IMG/VR virus record: IMGVR_UViG_3300032236_001613
Span: 62,001-126,000 of that record
DNA length: 64,000 nt
Direction: 5' to 3' (one strand)
The notes under the pieces are model-generated. The model had not been told where the DNA came from. It was given only the letters and a program-made list of their open reading frames with translations, and made no database searches. Of the stretch, positions 54,501 to 63,778 are shown piece after piece. Each line of letters opens with the position of its first letter. Within the stretch, counting starts at the first letter, position 1. The position numbers and the translations under genes were made by a program.

Positions 54501-57500
54501 AGCATTCACTGACGCTAGCGGCAATAATACTATTACAGGAACAGCAATATATGATGTAATAAATGGTCTCATAATTTGGGATATAGCTAGTACCGGTATT
54601 ACGTTCCCTGATCATACAATACAGACTACCGCATGGAATTCCTTAGCTAATGTAGCATGGAGTCAAATAACAGGTGCTCCTGATGTAACCGGATATACTG
54701 GATCAACTGGTGATCAAGGTTATACCGGTAGTATAGGATATACTGGTAGCCGAGGATATACTGGTAGCCGAGGTTATACTGGAAGTATCGGTTATGTAGG
54801 CAGTATTGGATATACTGGAAGTATCGGTTATGTAGGCAGTATTGGATATACTGGAAGTATTGGTTATACTGGAAGTATTGGATATACTGGAAGTATTGGT
54901 TATACTGGAAGTATTGGTTATACTGGATCAGCTAGTACAGCTACAGGATATACCGGTAGTGTTGGTAATACAGGATATACCGGAAGCATTCCAGGATCTT
55001 ATGTCAGTAGTATAACAGCAGGTACAGACACTGTAGTGAATACAACTACCGGAGCTGTTACTATATGGGATAATAGCACTTTGCAAAGTGTGGTTAATCG
55101 AGGATCAAGTGTATCAGGCGTTACTCCAACATTTAATTCAGGTATTAGCGTTCCTGGAACAAGCACATTAGGTGGTGGTATCAATTTAAGTGGGAATCTT
55201 GCAAGCTCACCAATTAATATGAGTGCCTCGTACGGAGGACCATTTATAGCCGCATATGGGACACTTAACGGCTCTGGAAATATTTACTCACTGCAATACC
55301 AACATACTCTTGCACCAACTACGACAACAGTTGCTGCGTATTACGGAAATTTATTCTTACCAACGTTAGGAAATACTACTACCTATACTACCATGTATGG
55401 AACATTTGCTCGAGTTGATATGAATGCAAGTGCTGTGTCAGGATCAGTTAATACATGGTATGGTATGTTTTCTGCAAGTCCAAGTAGAAATGCTGCAGCT
55501 GATGTAAGATTTACCAATCATATAGGATATTATGCACAAGATCCTACCGGTATTACTGCAACTAACGTTTATGGATTTCAATCTGCTATAAATCTTGCTT
55601 CGGGAGTTAACAAGTATAATTTCTATGCTAGCGGAACAGCTCCGAATTATTTTGGAGGAACCAGTACATTTGCTAATTCTGCCTTAGCAACTTCTACCGC
55701 AACCGGCGCATTAGTTGTTACAGGTGGTGTTGGAATTGGTGGTAATATATGGGCAGGTGACTCTTATATAGGTGCCACTAATTCAAACTATTTTCAAATT
55801 ATTGGTGCTGTAAGTGCAAGTGCTACAGGTCCATCGATATTAGCTGCAGGAACAGACACTAGTATTAACCTTACTATCGAATCTAAAGGAAACGGAGTTA
55901 TTAAACTTGGTGCAGTAAATAATAATCCTACTGTACTTACTATAACGCCAACCGCTAGTGGATCAAACTATAACAATCTAAATATCACTAACGGTGTTGC
56001 TGGAGGAGTTAGCGGTCCTACGATCAATGCGTTTGGCAGTATCGATGCTAATATTGATATAAATTTAACACCTAAAGGTCTTGGAAAAATATATATCAAT
56101 GCTACAGCAACTTCTACCTCAACAAATACAGGTGCATTAGTTGTTGCAGGCGGTGTTGGAATTGGTGGCAACTTAAACGTCGGAGGAACAGGAACAATTG
56201 GATCCTCAAACGCAAACTACGTTGCCATTTCAGGTGCTTCAACTACACTCGAGCCAGCAATTGTTGCAACTGGATCTGATGCTAATATTCCGATACTGCT
56301 ACAGACTAAAGGAACTGGCAGCATTGACTTATCGGCAGGAACAGGAGGTTTCAATTTAAGTAATGGTACTTCGGTAACATCGCTAACTCGTAATTCTCCA
56401 GGTACCGGTTATACATCTACTCCTACAATAACAATTTCTGCGCCAACAACTCCAGGTGGTATAACAGCACTTGTTGCACCTATACCTATCGGCATTGTTG
56501 CTACACCGACTGTAGCATCATCAGGTACAGGGTATACTAATGGCGAGGTACTAAGTGTTTTAGGGGGTACATACACAACTAGTGCAACGATCACAGTAAC
56601 TGCAGTAGGTGGCAACGTCACAGGAGTGTCTGCATATACTAGCGGTGCATACTTTAACTATCCAGGTCCAAATCCTGTTGCAACTGTGTCAACACTCACC
56701 GGTAGTAGTGCAACATTTACGTTGGTATTTGGTGTAGGCAACGTCTATACAATCACTCAAGCAGGATCAGGATATGTTGAGCAACCGACCGTTACCGTCA
56801 GTGGCGGCGGTGGCAGTGGCGCTTCATTTTATGCAACTGTTAGCTCTCCAATAATTATTAAGAGCATCGGTGCATCTGCTGCTACTGCTATTGACTTTCA
56901 AGGACCCTATAATGGTCCAGCTAATATTTCACTTTTAAGACTTCGAGATATTGCTAACGCTGATTCATATATTCAAATACAAAACGGCTCTAGTAATAGT
57001 GGATTCCCGTTAATTGCTGCACAAGGTAATGCTAATTCAAATTTATCTTTATTTGCAAACGGTACAGGTATTGTTACTATCGGTTCAGGCGGAACTAGTC
57101 AAACCGGCCAGTTGAGAATTACAAACACTACAGGAGCGGTTAATCAATTATATATCACTGGGGCAACGACAGGTAATGGTCCGATTATTTCTGCTGGCGG
57201 AACAGATGCAAATATTGGTCTCAACATTGTTACAAAAGGCACTGGTGCTATTTCATTAAGGACAGGGGTAACTTCGACAACGCAGTTGCAAGTGATAGAC
57301 AACGTCGGTTCAGTTAACTACGTTACCGTCAAGGGTTCTCCAAGTGGAGCAGGGCCAACTATTAGCGTAGGTGGATCCGATACAACTGCACCGATTAGTC
57401 TTGCTCCTAAAGGCGATGGTGTTGTTTATATAGGCGGATCTAGCAGCAGTGTTACTAATACTGTGCGTATTGTTCCAAGCGGTGTAGATGCTTTGCGTAT

Positions 57501-58917
57501 AAGCGCAAATAATTCTGCAGTAAACTATTTGCAAGTCAATGCGGCTACTACCAGTTTTAGCCCAGCTTTTATTGCACGTGGCTCGGATGCTAATATCGGA
57601 ATTAATTTTGGTGCGCTTAATGCAGGTAATTTAAACTTTTATTCATCAGGCGATCCAAATGCCGGGACGGGAAAACTACAATTCCAAGTAACACCTACTG
57701 CAACTGCGACTAATTACATGGCAGTCACGGGAGCAATTGCAGGAAATGGTCCGACGATATCTGCTCAAGGATCCGATACAATAATTAATCTTAATGTAAC
57801 TCCTAAAGGAAACGGATCTGTTGTTATACCAAGTACTTCTGCAACAATTAATACTACTACAGGAGCATTAGTTATTACAGGCGGGGTTGGCATAGGACAG
57901 AATCTTAATGTCGGCGGATTAACTAATATCAGCTATACCGGTAGCGCAGATAGCAGTTTACAAATTACTGGTTACAATTCTAAGGGCGGCACAGGTTATC
58001 ACGATTTCTTAAGAGTAACAAACGGTTACACTAGTGCTACTAACATTAACAAATACTTCCGCTTAAACAGCACCGGTAGTTTAGAAATACTGCGTAGCGA
58101 TTATGGCGCTATAATATTATCATTAACTGATACCGGAGGACTTACATTTGGTACAGCTACGGTTTCTAACAATGATGCTACAAATAACTATTTAATATTT
58201 AACGGCACCGCGGCTAATACCGGCAGCGGACTTATGTTATACGACGACGGCAATTCGCATATACACGCTAGAGGTAACGGCGGATCGCTGTGGCTTAATG
58301 CTAATAATGGTGCTATCATCTTAGGTAATCAAGCACCGGTAAATGGTGGGTCGCCTGCCTCAGCTATCCTGATGGGAAACTCAACTACTATACGAGCCTA
58401 TGCTAACATCAACGGTAATAAGTCATATGCTATAAGTGGGTATGGTTATTTGTCAACCGGTGGCGCCGGAACTGTCCCTGGTGGTTCTGGAACCGTTCCG
58501 TACAGTCTGTATTGTTCTGATCGTATACAAGCAGCCGAAGTTGACGCTACATCCGACGAACGTGCTAAGGATATACAAGGAACTATTCCTTTAGAAAAGG
58601 CTTTGCTGTTTATTCAAGAAGTAGACGGTATCCTATATACTTGGAATCCAGATGCTGTGGAGCATGATGATCGTGGATTAAAAGCAGGGTTTGGGGCACA
58701 ATCTGTACACAAAGCAGGCTTCGAACACATGCTAGGTATTATTCCCAACGAGAAGATGAAAGAACAAGTGGACGAGGACGGATGGGTGCATCCCGAAGGT
58801 TACCAGTTAACTATGGGGTACAATCAAGCCATTCCGTATCATCATACTGTTATTAAACATCTGTTAGATCGTATTGAGAAATTAGAACAATTGGTAGAAA
58901 AACTACAGGGCAATTGA
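51580..58917 (+). CDS. Long tail fibre (2445 aa) with LamG-like domain and C-terminal intramolecular chaperone (peptidase S74)
   Basis: FTMEVWF..HHIA.VR (ConA/LamG); TSDERAKD..W..GF.AQ..coiled coil; TGALVV.GGVGIG x6. Confidence 0.88.
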   Translation: MSLNFPPGATTGTTYNGYTYDGTKWVSTSTIPTNQSLYTTDVVTFAGINATGDIIPAADNTYNLGSPANKWKHVFVTSGSIYLGDVKLSTQNGQLVIQNVSYTYNTVTNIINTETVINTYAAPTIVPFFTVTNAFVAGNIITTSTDASTTTVTANALYVAGGVGIGKSLYVTGPAIFKNDVVFGGSTNYVYSTNTVYTDNILELHAPPGGVNGQWTFNDGKDIGLRFHYYSNTDTNAALVLAQDSGNLEWYSSGAEGSSTFVGVTYGNIKAGGIILVNSTASVNTQTGALVVAGGVGVGGDINIGGSIYINGSAVGYGYTGSLGYVGSIGYAGSQGITGYTGSTGYTGSIGYVGSIGYTGSTGYTGSIGYIGSIGYTGSFGYVGSAGLIANPYSGILTITNTTNSIGATTGALVITGGLGVGKDVNIGGNLNVNAITATNLTLKNNRIVLGNGTPVNTTVSNAIMIGNGAGSGITSGDPNLIVIGYGAYQIGSGSTAISNNIAIGTAALQGGNLAGSAGANIAIGYNAFSFGPTGDYNIALGTNVGANMTQATYLVAVGFNAAYGLSAKSTTATSVGNIAIGYKALYASAFQADGIVAIGPNAGYNSAQGNFSIVIGNSATSVANSIVLNASGTKAVRGTVSGFYVNPVRADSSTSATTWAVFYNPATYELTTASTFVGYYGSIGYNGSIGYVGSAGTNGYNGSIGYTGSIGYIGSLGYTGSRGYTGSIGYTGSAGAASTVPGPKGDIGYTGSVATPYQLVNSDYTLQLSNAGDVTINNTGINGSGLYFDGTTNLLISPGIQFGTSAFTMEVWFQIDPGYTDQYALIGPPSSNVGSLGARGDENGAGITYDAGNGSTQFVYAQGAITTGVPHHIAFVRDSSNNCQVFLDGVACTTGVQTIPDDLTSNVTDTHEIGGWNDGTYGQYYLHGFITGVKIVVGNNLYNPNASNITVPSLPFTNSTGTQLLINPTDSVSAFTDASGNNTITGTAIYDVINGLIIWDIASTGITFPDHTIQTTAWNSLANVAWSQITGAPDVTGYTGSTGDQGYTGSIGYTGSRGYTGSRGYTGSIGYVGSIGYTGSIGYVGSIGYTGSIGYTGSIGYTGSIGYTGSIGYTGSASTATGYTGSVGNTGYTGSIPGSYVSSITAGTDTVVNTTTGAVTIWDNSTLQSVVNRGSSVSGVTPTFNSGISVPGTSTLGGGINLSGNLASSPINMSASYGGPFIAAYGTLNGSGNIYSLQYQHTLAPTTTTVAAYYGNLFLPTLGNTTTYTTMYGTFARVDMNASAVSGSVNTWYGMFSASPSRNAAADVRFTNHIGYYAQDPTGITATNVYGFQSAINLASGVNKYNFYASGTAPNYFGGTSTFANSALATSTATGALVVTGGVGIGGNIWAGDSYIGATNSNYFQIIGAVSASATGPSILAAGTDTSINLTIESKGNGVIKLGAVNNNPTVLTITPTASGSNYNNLNITNGVAGGVSGPTINAFGSIDANIDINLTPKGLGKIYINATATSTSTNTGALVVAGGVGIGGNLNVGGTGTIGSSNANYVAISGASTTLEPAIVATGSDANIPILLQTKGTGSIDLSAGTGGFNLSNGTSVTSLTRNSPGTGYTSTPTITISAPTTPGGITALVAPIPIGIVATPTVASSGTGYTNGEVLSVLGGTYTTSATITVTAVGGNVTGVSAYTSGAYFNYPGPNPVATVSTLTGSSATFTLVFGVGNVYTITQAGSGYVEQPTVTVSGGGGSGASFYATVSSPIIIKSIGASAATAIDFQGPYNGPANISLLRLRDIANADSYIQIQNGSSNSGFPLIAAQGNANSNLSLFANGTGIVTIGSGGTSQTGQLRITNTTGAVNQLYITGATTGNGPIISAGGTDANIGLNIVTKGTGAISLRTGVTSTTQLQVIDNVGSVNYVTVKGSPSGAGPTISVGGSDTTAPISLAPKGDGVVYIGGSSSSVTNTVRIVPSGVDALRISANNSAVNYLQVNAATTSFSPAFIARGSDANIGINFGALNAGNLNFYSSGDPNAGTGKLQFQVTPTATATNYMAVTGAIAGNGPTISAQGSDTIINLNVTPKGNGSVVIPSTSATINTTTGALVITGGVGIGQNLNVGGLTNISYTGSADSSLQITGYNSKGGTGYHDFLRVTNGYTSATNINKYFRLNSTGSLEILRSDYGAIILSLTDTGGLTFGTATVSNNDATNNYLIFNGTAANTGSGLMLYDDGNSHIHARGNGGSLWLNANNGAIILGNQAPVNGGSPASAILMGNSTTIRAYANINGNKSYAISGYGYLSTGGAGTVPGGSGTVPYSLYCSDRIQAAEVDATSDERAKDIQGTIPLEKALLFIQEVDGILYTWNPDAVEHDDRGLKAGFGAQSVHKAGFEHMLGIIPNEKMKEQVDEDGWVHPEGYQLTMGYNQAIPYHHTVIKHLLDRIEKLEQLVEKLQGN

Positions 58918-58964
58918 TTTCTAAATTCCTTTCTGCTATTATATGCGTATATTAAATACGGCAT

Positions 58965-61900
58965 ATGAAAAAGATCAAAATAGCGATTATAGACTGCGTA
59001 GGTCTTAACTACGATGGAACAACTTTACAGAAAAAAGGCATCGGCGGCTCAGAAAGTTCAATCATTTCTGTAGCAAAAGAACTAGTTGCACTAGACTTTG
59101 AAGTCTCAATTTTTAATGATTGTAACAGCCCAGATACTAAGCCCGGTATTTACGATGGTGTTAACTACTATCCTATTAGAACACTAGGTCAACGTGAGTT
59201 TGGCTTTGATATTGTTATCAGTCAAAGAACAGTAATACCATTTACTCCGCTTGAACTTTATGATCAAGTACGTCAGCCACCTCCTAGAGATTTTGATCCA
59301 AATATTTTCCGTCAAGTACAACGAACCGAACAGTTAAAGATCTTATGGCAGCAGGATACGTTTATTTGGGGTGATGCCTTACTTGAACAGTTATGTGTTA
59401 AAGGCTACATTGATGAGATTTTTAATCTCAGCGATTGGCACATTAGTTACACTACACATTCTAGTCACGGACCACGACGTAACTTTGAAGTATTAAAACG
59501 TTATATCTATCATACACGCAATGCTATTAATCGTTGGATAGATTGGGTTGATATTAAAAAGAAAGATCCTAACCTATTTGTCTATAATGCTTCGATTACT
59601 AAAGGTATGGTGCCTTTAGTACAAAAGATCTGGCCTAGACTTAAACAACATTTACCTAATGCTAAACTAAAAATTATCGGCGGTTATTATCGTTTCAATA
59701 ACGAACCAGTAAACGAGGCACAACAGAATTGGATTAACTTACAGAATTCTGTAGCACATGATAAGTCTGTCGAGTTTACAGGAATTATTCCGCAACCTAA
59801 GATTGCGGAAATTATGGCCGAAGCCAGTTACAATCTCTATCCCGGTGCATTTCCTGAAACATCAGGTATCAGCATTATCGAAAGTATCAACTATAATACA
59901 CCTATAATCGGTACACGCTTCGGTGCCATGGAAGAATCTGCAGCCGAAACAGCAGGTTACTATATCGATTTTCCAGTAGAGCCTAACGGACTATTTCCTA
60001 ATATTAACACCGACGATCAGGTTAATCGCTATGTTGATTTAGCATTGCGTGTTATAAGAGATCCTTACCTACATCAACAAAAGCAATATGCTTGCAATGC
60101 AGCTAAAGATGTTAGTACTTGGGATACAGTTGCATTACAATGGAAACAGCATTTTTATTATAAATTAGGATTAGAATTATCTGCCGAGGAACAACAGGCA
60201 GTCGATTGGATTAACTATCGTGTGCACAAAGTATTTGGTAAACGATTTGCTAATCCTGAAGAAGTTGTTGTTACCCAAAAACCCGAAAAGGTAACTGCAT
60301 TACCCGGACCACGTCCTAAGATTGCATTCGTTGATATTGTTGGCATGGCATACGATGGCGACACTCTTAATCGCAAGGGCATGGGCGGTAGCGAAAGTGC
60401 GGTTATTCTTAACAGTCGAGAACTAGCTAAAATTGGGCTTGATGTTACTGTGTTTAACGCTTGTAACGAAGATGGTAGTAGTCCTGGTATGTATGATGGG
60501 GTCACTTATCGACCTCTTGCAGATTTACAATCAACTACTGATGTTTTTGATGTAGTTATAAGCAGTCGTGTAGTTACACCTTTTATTACAGAACCATGGT
60601 ATAATTATCCCCAAACAACAAATAGAAAAATTGATTATCGTTGTTTTGAAAATATGCGTCGTAACGCAAAACTAAAAGTGTTTTGGATGCACGATACATT
60701 CTGTTGGGGCGATGACATTCTAGAAGATCTTGTTTGGACAGGTGCTATTGACGAAGTATGGACACTAAGTGACTTCCATGCATTCTATGTAATGAATGCT
60801 GCACATCCGCGCATGCGCATGATGGAAGTTATGCGTAGTCGCACATGGACTACTAGAAACGGATTAGTAAAATACTTTACTGAAGTAGACATTGCTGCCA
60901 AAGACCCTAACTTGTTTATATTCAACGCTAATATGAGCAAGGGCCTCGATCCTTTATTAAATCTTGTTTGGCCTCGAGTTGTAAAACAAATACCTAAAGC
61001 ACGTTTAACCGTAATTGGCGGCCATTATAAACTAGGTGCAGCATTTGCGCATAATGATGAAGAATCTGAGTTTATGAAGTTAGCTGGGCCGCACATGAAC
61101 AACCCTTCTATTACGTTTACAGGAATCATTAGTCAAAGAGAAGTTGCTGAAATTTCTGCAAAGGCTAGTTACTTCCTGTATCCAACTGCATTTCCTGAAA
61201 CTTACAGCATTAGCACACTAGAATCTCTGTACGCTAATACTCCTATGATCAGCTGTAGATTCGGTGCATTAGAAGAAACTGCTAGCCCCGAAGGCTACTT
61301 GATTGACTATTCCACAACACCGAATAGTTTATTTCCAAACGTTAATCCAGAAGAGCAAGCAGACCGTCTAGTTGAATTAGTTGTTAATGCATACAATAAT
61401 CCTAAAGAACACCAACGCAGAATGAAGGCATTAGATGTTATTAAAGATTTAGCCGGGTGGGATGTTGTTGCATTAGAATGGAAACAGCATATTTACAATA
61501 AGTTAGGCTTGTACTTAAGCCGTAGCGAAAGTCAGCAAGCTACTTACACTAAAAGCAAATATAGAAAAATCTTTAACCGTCGTATGACTACTGCTGAAGA
61601 ATGGCTCGTTCCTCCACAGGAATTATCCGATCAACAGAAGATGGTTATTATTAGTCCTTTTTACAATGCTGAACCTTACATCGAACGTTGTATTGCTAGC
61701 GTAGCAGCACAAGACTACGATCGTTACGAGCATTGGTTAATTGACGATGCTAGTACCGATAACGGATTTAAAGTTGCAGAAGATTATATCAATCAGCTAC
61801 CTGAAGAAATACAAAGTAAATTTAGACTAATCCGTAATGATGAAAACCAAGGTGCAGTCTATAATCATATGAGTGTTATTAGAGATTTAGATCCTAATGA

Positions 61901-63050
61901 TGTTATTATGATGTTAGACGGCGACGACAGTTTAATTAATCGTCCTGATGTATTAAGATACTTTAATGCTGTTCATTGGCATCACGATTTTACTTATGGG
62001 TCATGCTGGAGTATGGTTGATCAAATTCCATTAATCAGTCAGCCTTATCCTCCAGAAGTTATTGAATCTAGAGATTATAAAAACTATCATTTTAATTGGA
62101 AGATTCCGTATACTCATTTGAGAACAATGAAAGCCAAACTATTGTTAGAAGTTCCTAACGAGGCTTTCCAAGATAATCAAGGCAATTGGTTTAAAGCCGG
62201 CGGAGATAACTCTACGTTCTATAACGCATTGTATAATTGTGATCCTGATCGGATTTATGTGGTTCCTGATATTGTTTATAACTACAACGATGCAAGTCCT
62301 ATTAACGATTATAAGGTTAATAGAGAAGAGCAAGATCGAGCTATTTCGGTTATTTTTGGAAATAATGATCCTATTGATCGTGCACCAAAAAAACCCGAAA
62401 CAGTTAGCCAACCAATTGCATTATCAGCTCCTGCTGTAAATATCGGCCCGGCTAAACGTATTTTAATAGCTATTCCAACTAACAGAAATATTGAAGCTCA
62501 GACTTTTAAAAGTATATACGATTTAATTATACCCGACGGATACGTTGCTGAGTTTCAGTATTTCTGGGGATATCAAGTAGATCAAGTACGTAATCTAATT
62601 GCACACTGGACGATACACAATGGATACGATTACTTGTTTGCTGTTGATAGCGATATTTCGTTTGCACCAGACACATTAGTAAAACTATTATCGCATAATC
62701 GAGATATTGTTTCAGGTATATATATTCAACGCATTCCAGGAACACATATTATTGAAATTATGCGTAAAAATCCGCATGGTGGTGTTAGCCATGTTGATTG
62801 GAATACTATTAAAGGGCAAGGCTTAGTACCAATTGACGGATGTGGATTTGGTTGCGTACTAGTTAAATCTGAAGTGTTTAAAGCTATACCATATCCTCAC
62901 TTCCTATATCATAGTGCAATTGATCATAAAAATACTTTAAGTGAAGATGTTCATTTCTGTAATCAAGCTAGAGATAGAGGATTTACACTTTGGGCAGATA
63001 CTAGTGTAATTTGCGATCACACTGGATCTTGGACATTTAAGGTAAACTAA
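58965..63050 (+). CDS. Four-domain glycosyltransferase (GT4-like x2, GT2, GT-A)
   Basis: Duplicated KIA..D..G..YDG..L..KG.GGSES; P.YNAE.YI..C..S..DDASTD..LDGDD; VDSD..GFGC.L..EDVHFC. Confidence 0.9.
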   Translation: MKKIKIAIIDCVGLNYDGTTLQKKGIGGSESSIISVAKELVALDFEVSIFNDCNSPDTKPGIYDGVNYYPIRTLGQREFGFDIVISQRTVIPFTPLELYDQVRQPPPRDFDPNIFRQVQRTEQLKILWQQDTFIWGDALLEQLCVKGYIDEIFNLSDWHISYTTHSSHGPRRNFEVLKRYIYHTRNAINRWIDWVDIKKKDPNLFVYNASITKGMVPLVQKIWPRLKQHLPNAKLKIIGGYYRFNNEPVNEAQQNWINLQNSVAHDKSVEFTGIIPQPKIAEIMAEASYNLYPGAFPETSGISIIESINYNTPIIGTRFGAMEESAAETAGYYIDFPVEPNGLFPNINTDDQVNRYVDLALRVIRDPYLHQQKQYACNAAKDVSTWDTVALQWKQHFYYKLGLELSAEEQQAVDWINYRVHKVFGKRFANPEEVVVTQKPEKVTALPGPRPKIAFVDIVGMAYDGDTLNRKGMGGSESAVILNSRELAKIGLDVTVFNACNEDGSSPGMYDGVTYRPLADLQSTTDVFDVVISSRVVTPFITEPWYNYPQTTNRKIDYRCFENMRRNAKLKVFWMHDTFCWGDDILEDLVWTGAIDEVWTLSDFHAFYVMNAAHPRMRMMEVMRSRTWTTRNGLVKYFTEVDIAAKDPNLFIFNANMSKGLDPLLNLVWPRVVKQIPKARLTVIGGHYKLGAAFAHNDEESEFMKLAGPHMNNPSITFTGIISQREVAEISAKASYFLYPTAFPETYSISTLESLYANTPMISCRFGALEETASPEGYLIDYSTTPNSLFPNVNPEEQADRLVELVVNAYNNPKEHQRRMKALDVIKDLAGWDVVALEWKQHIYNKLGLYLSRSESQQATYTKSKYRKIFNRRMTTAEEWLVPPQELSDQQKMVIISPFYNAEPYIERCIASVAAQDYDRYEHWLIDDASTDNGFKVAEDYINQLPEEIQSKFRLIRNDENQGAVYNHMSVIRDLDPNDVIMMLDGDDSLINRPDVLRYFNAVHWHHDFTYGSCWSMVDQIPLISQPYPPEVIESRDYKNYHFNWKIPYTHLRTMKAKLLLEVPNEAFQDNQGNWFKAGGDNSTFYNALYNCDPDRIYVVPDIVYNYNDASPINDYKVNREEQDRAISVIFGNNDPIDRAPKKPETVSQPIALSAPAVNIGPAKRILIAIPTNRNIEAQTFKSIYDLIIPDGYVAEFQYFWGYQVDQVRNLIAHWTIHNGYDYLFAVDSDISFAPDTLVKLLSHNRDIVSGIYIQRIPGTHIIEIMRKNPHGGVSHVDWNTIKGQGLVPIDGCGFGCVLVKSEVFKAIPYPHFLYHSAIDHKNTLSEDVHFCNQARDRGFTLWADTSVICDHTGSWTFKVN

Positions 63051-63052
63051 TA

Positions 63053-63763
63053 ATGAAAATAGCTATTTTGGTTAGTGGTCAGCCAAGATTCCACAAAATG
63101 TCTTTCTACGATCACCTTACAAAGTTTAAAGGCTATAGTCAAGTTGATTGGTTTTTTTACATTTGGAAAAATAACGAAAACATCAAAAACATTCCGCCTG
63201 AATGGATCAATATTTCCGATGTTAATTGGGCTGTTGAAAAAATTAAAAAAAATCTACCTGTTAGCCATATACTTTCACGTTTTCATTTAGGAATGTATAA
63301 TATTCACGAATATCATACGTTGCCGTCAATTGGCTCAATAAATGCTATTAATTTACAATTTTATAGTTTAAAACAAGCCGATTTACTCCGTCAAGAAACA
63401 GAACAAACGTGGGGAAATTACGATTTAGTTGTTAGAACTAGGCTAGACAGAGAAATTACAAAAGAGATTAATCTAATAGAATTAAAAAACAAATTAGATT
63501 ATAACCCAAATCTCGTTTTCACACCAAATAATTACAAACATTATTATAATGAATATGGTATGTGTGACGCTTTTGCTATAACTTCTTCTAAAAATATGTC
63601 AATCTATAGTGATTTAATTAATTTTATTCCATCTTACTATCAGCAAGGGCTATATCCTCATCCTGAATCTTTGTTAAATTATCATTTAATAAAAAACTCT
63701 TTAGAATTAGACGAAACTTTGGAAATTAACCAATCATATAGCTACGAGTATGTAGACTGGTAA
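63053..63763 (+). CDS. Putative glycosyltransferase-related protein
   Basis: MKIAILVSGQPR..YDLVVRTRLD..D.FA..PE.LL. Confidence 0.6.
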   Translation: MKIAILVSGQPRFHKMSFYDHLTKFKGYSQVDWFFYIWKNNENIKNIPPEWINISDVNWAVEKIKKNLPVSHILSRFHLGMYNIHEYHTLPSIGSINAINLQFYSLKQADLLRQETEQTWGNYDLVVRTRLDREITKEINLIELKNKLDYNPNLVFTPNNYKHYYNEYGMCDAFAITSSKNMSIYSDLINFIPSYYQQGLYPHPESLLNYHLIKNSLELDETLEINQSYSYEYVDW

Positions 63764-63778
63764 TCATATAAATACAGG

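Larger units (their letters stand above)
18899..63778. promoter_or_regulatory. T4-type late promoter boxes (TA)TAAATA immediately upstream of start codons
   Basis: TAAATA 4-6 nt before ATG at 18899(-), 19772, 22468, 25268(-), 25307, 26280(-), 27161, 51580, 58965, 63779; longer leaders at 11355(-), 27458, 31512(-), 31644, 45638. Confidence 0.8.

Noticed and set aside
31644-58917. Diversity-generating retroelement acting on fibre tips
   Set aside because: No reverse transcriptase in the window and no TR/VR pair with adenine-specific mismatches noticed by eye
33760-62745. Antisense and alternate-frame ORFs (e.g. 35137..35871, 47614..48129, 50722..50967)
   Set aside because: Shadows of the periodic collagen-like repeats or of long genes; no RBS or promoter
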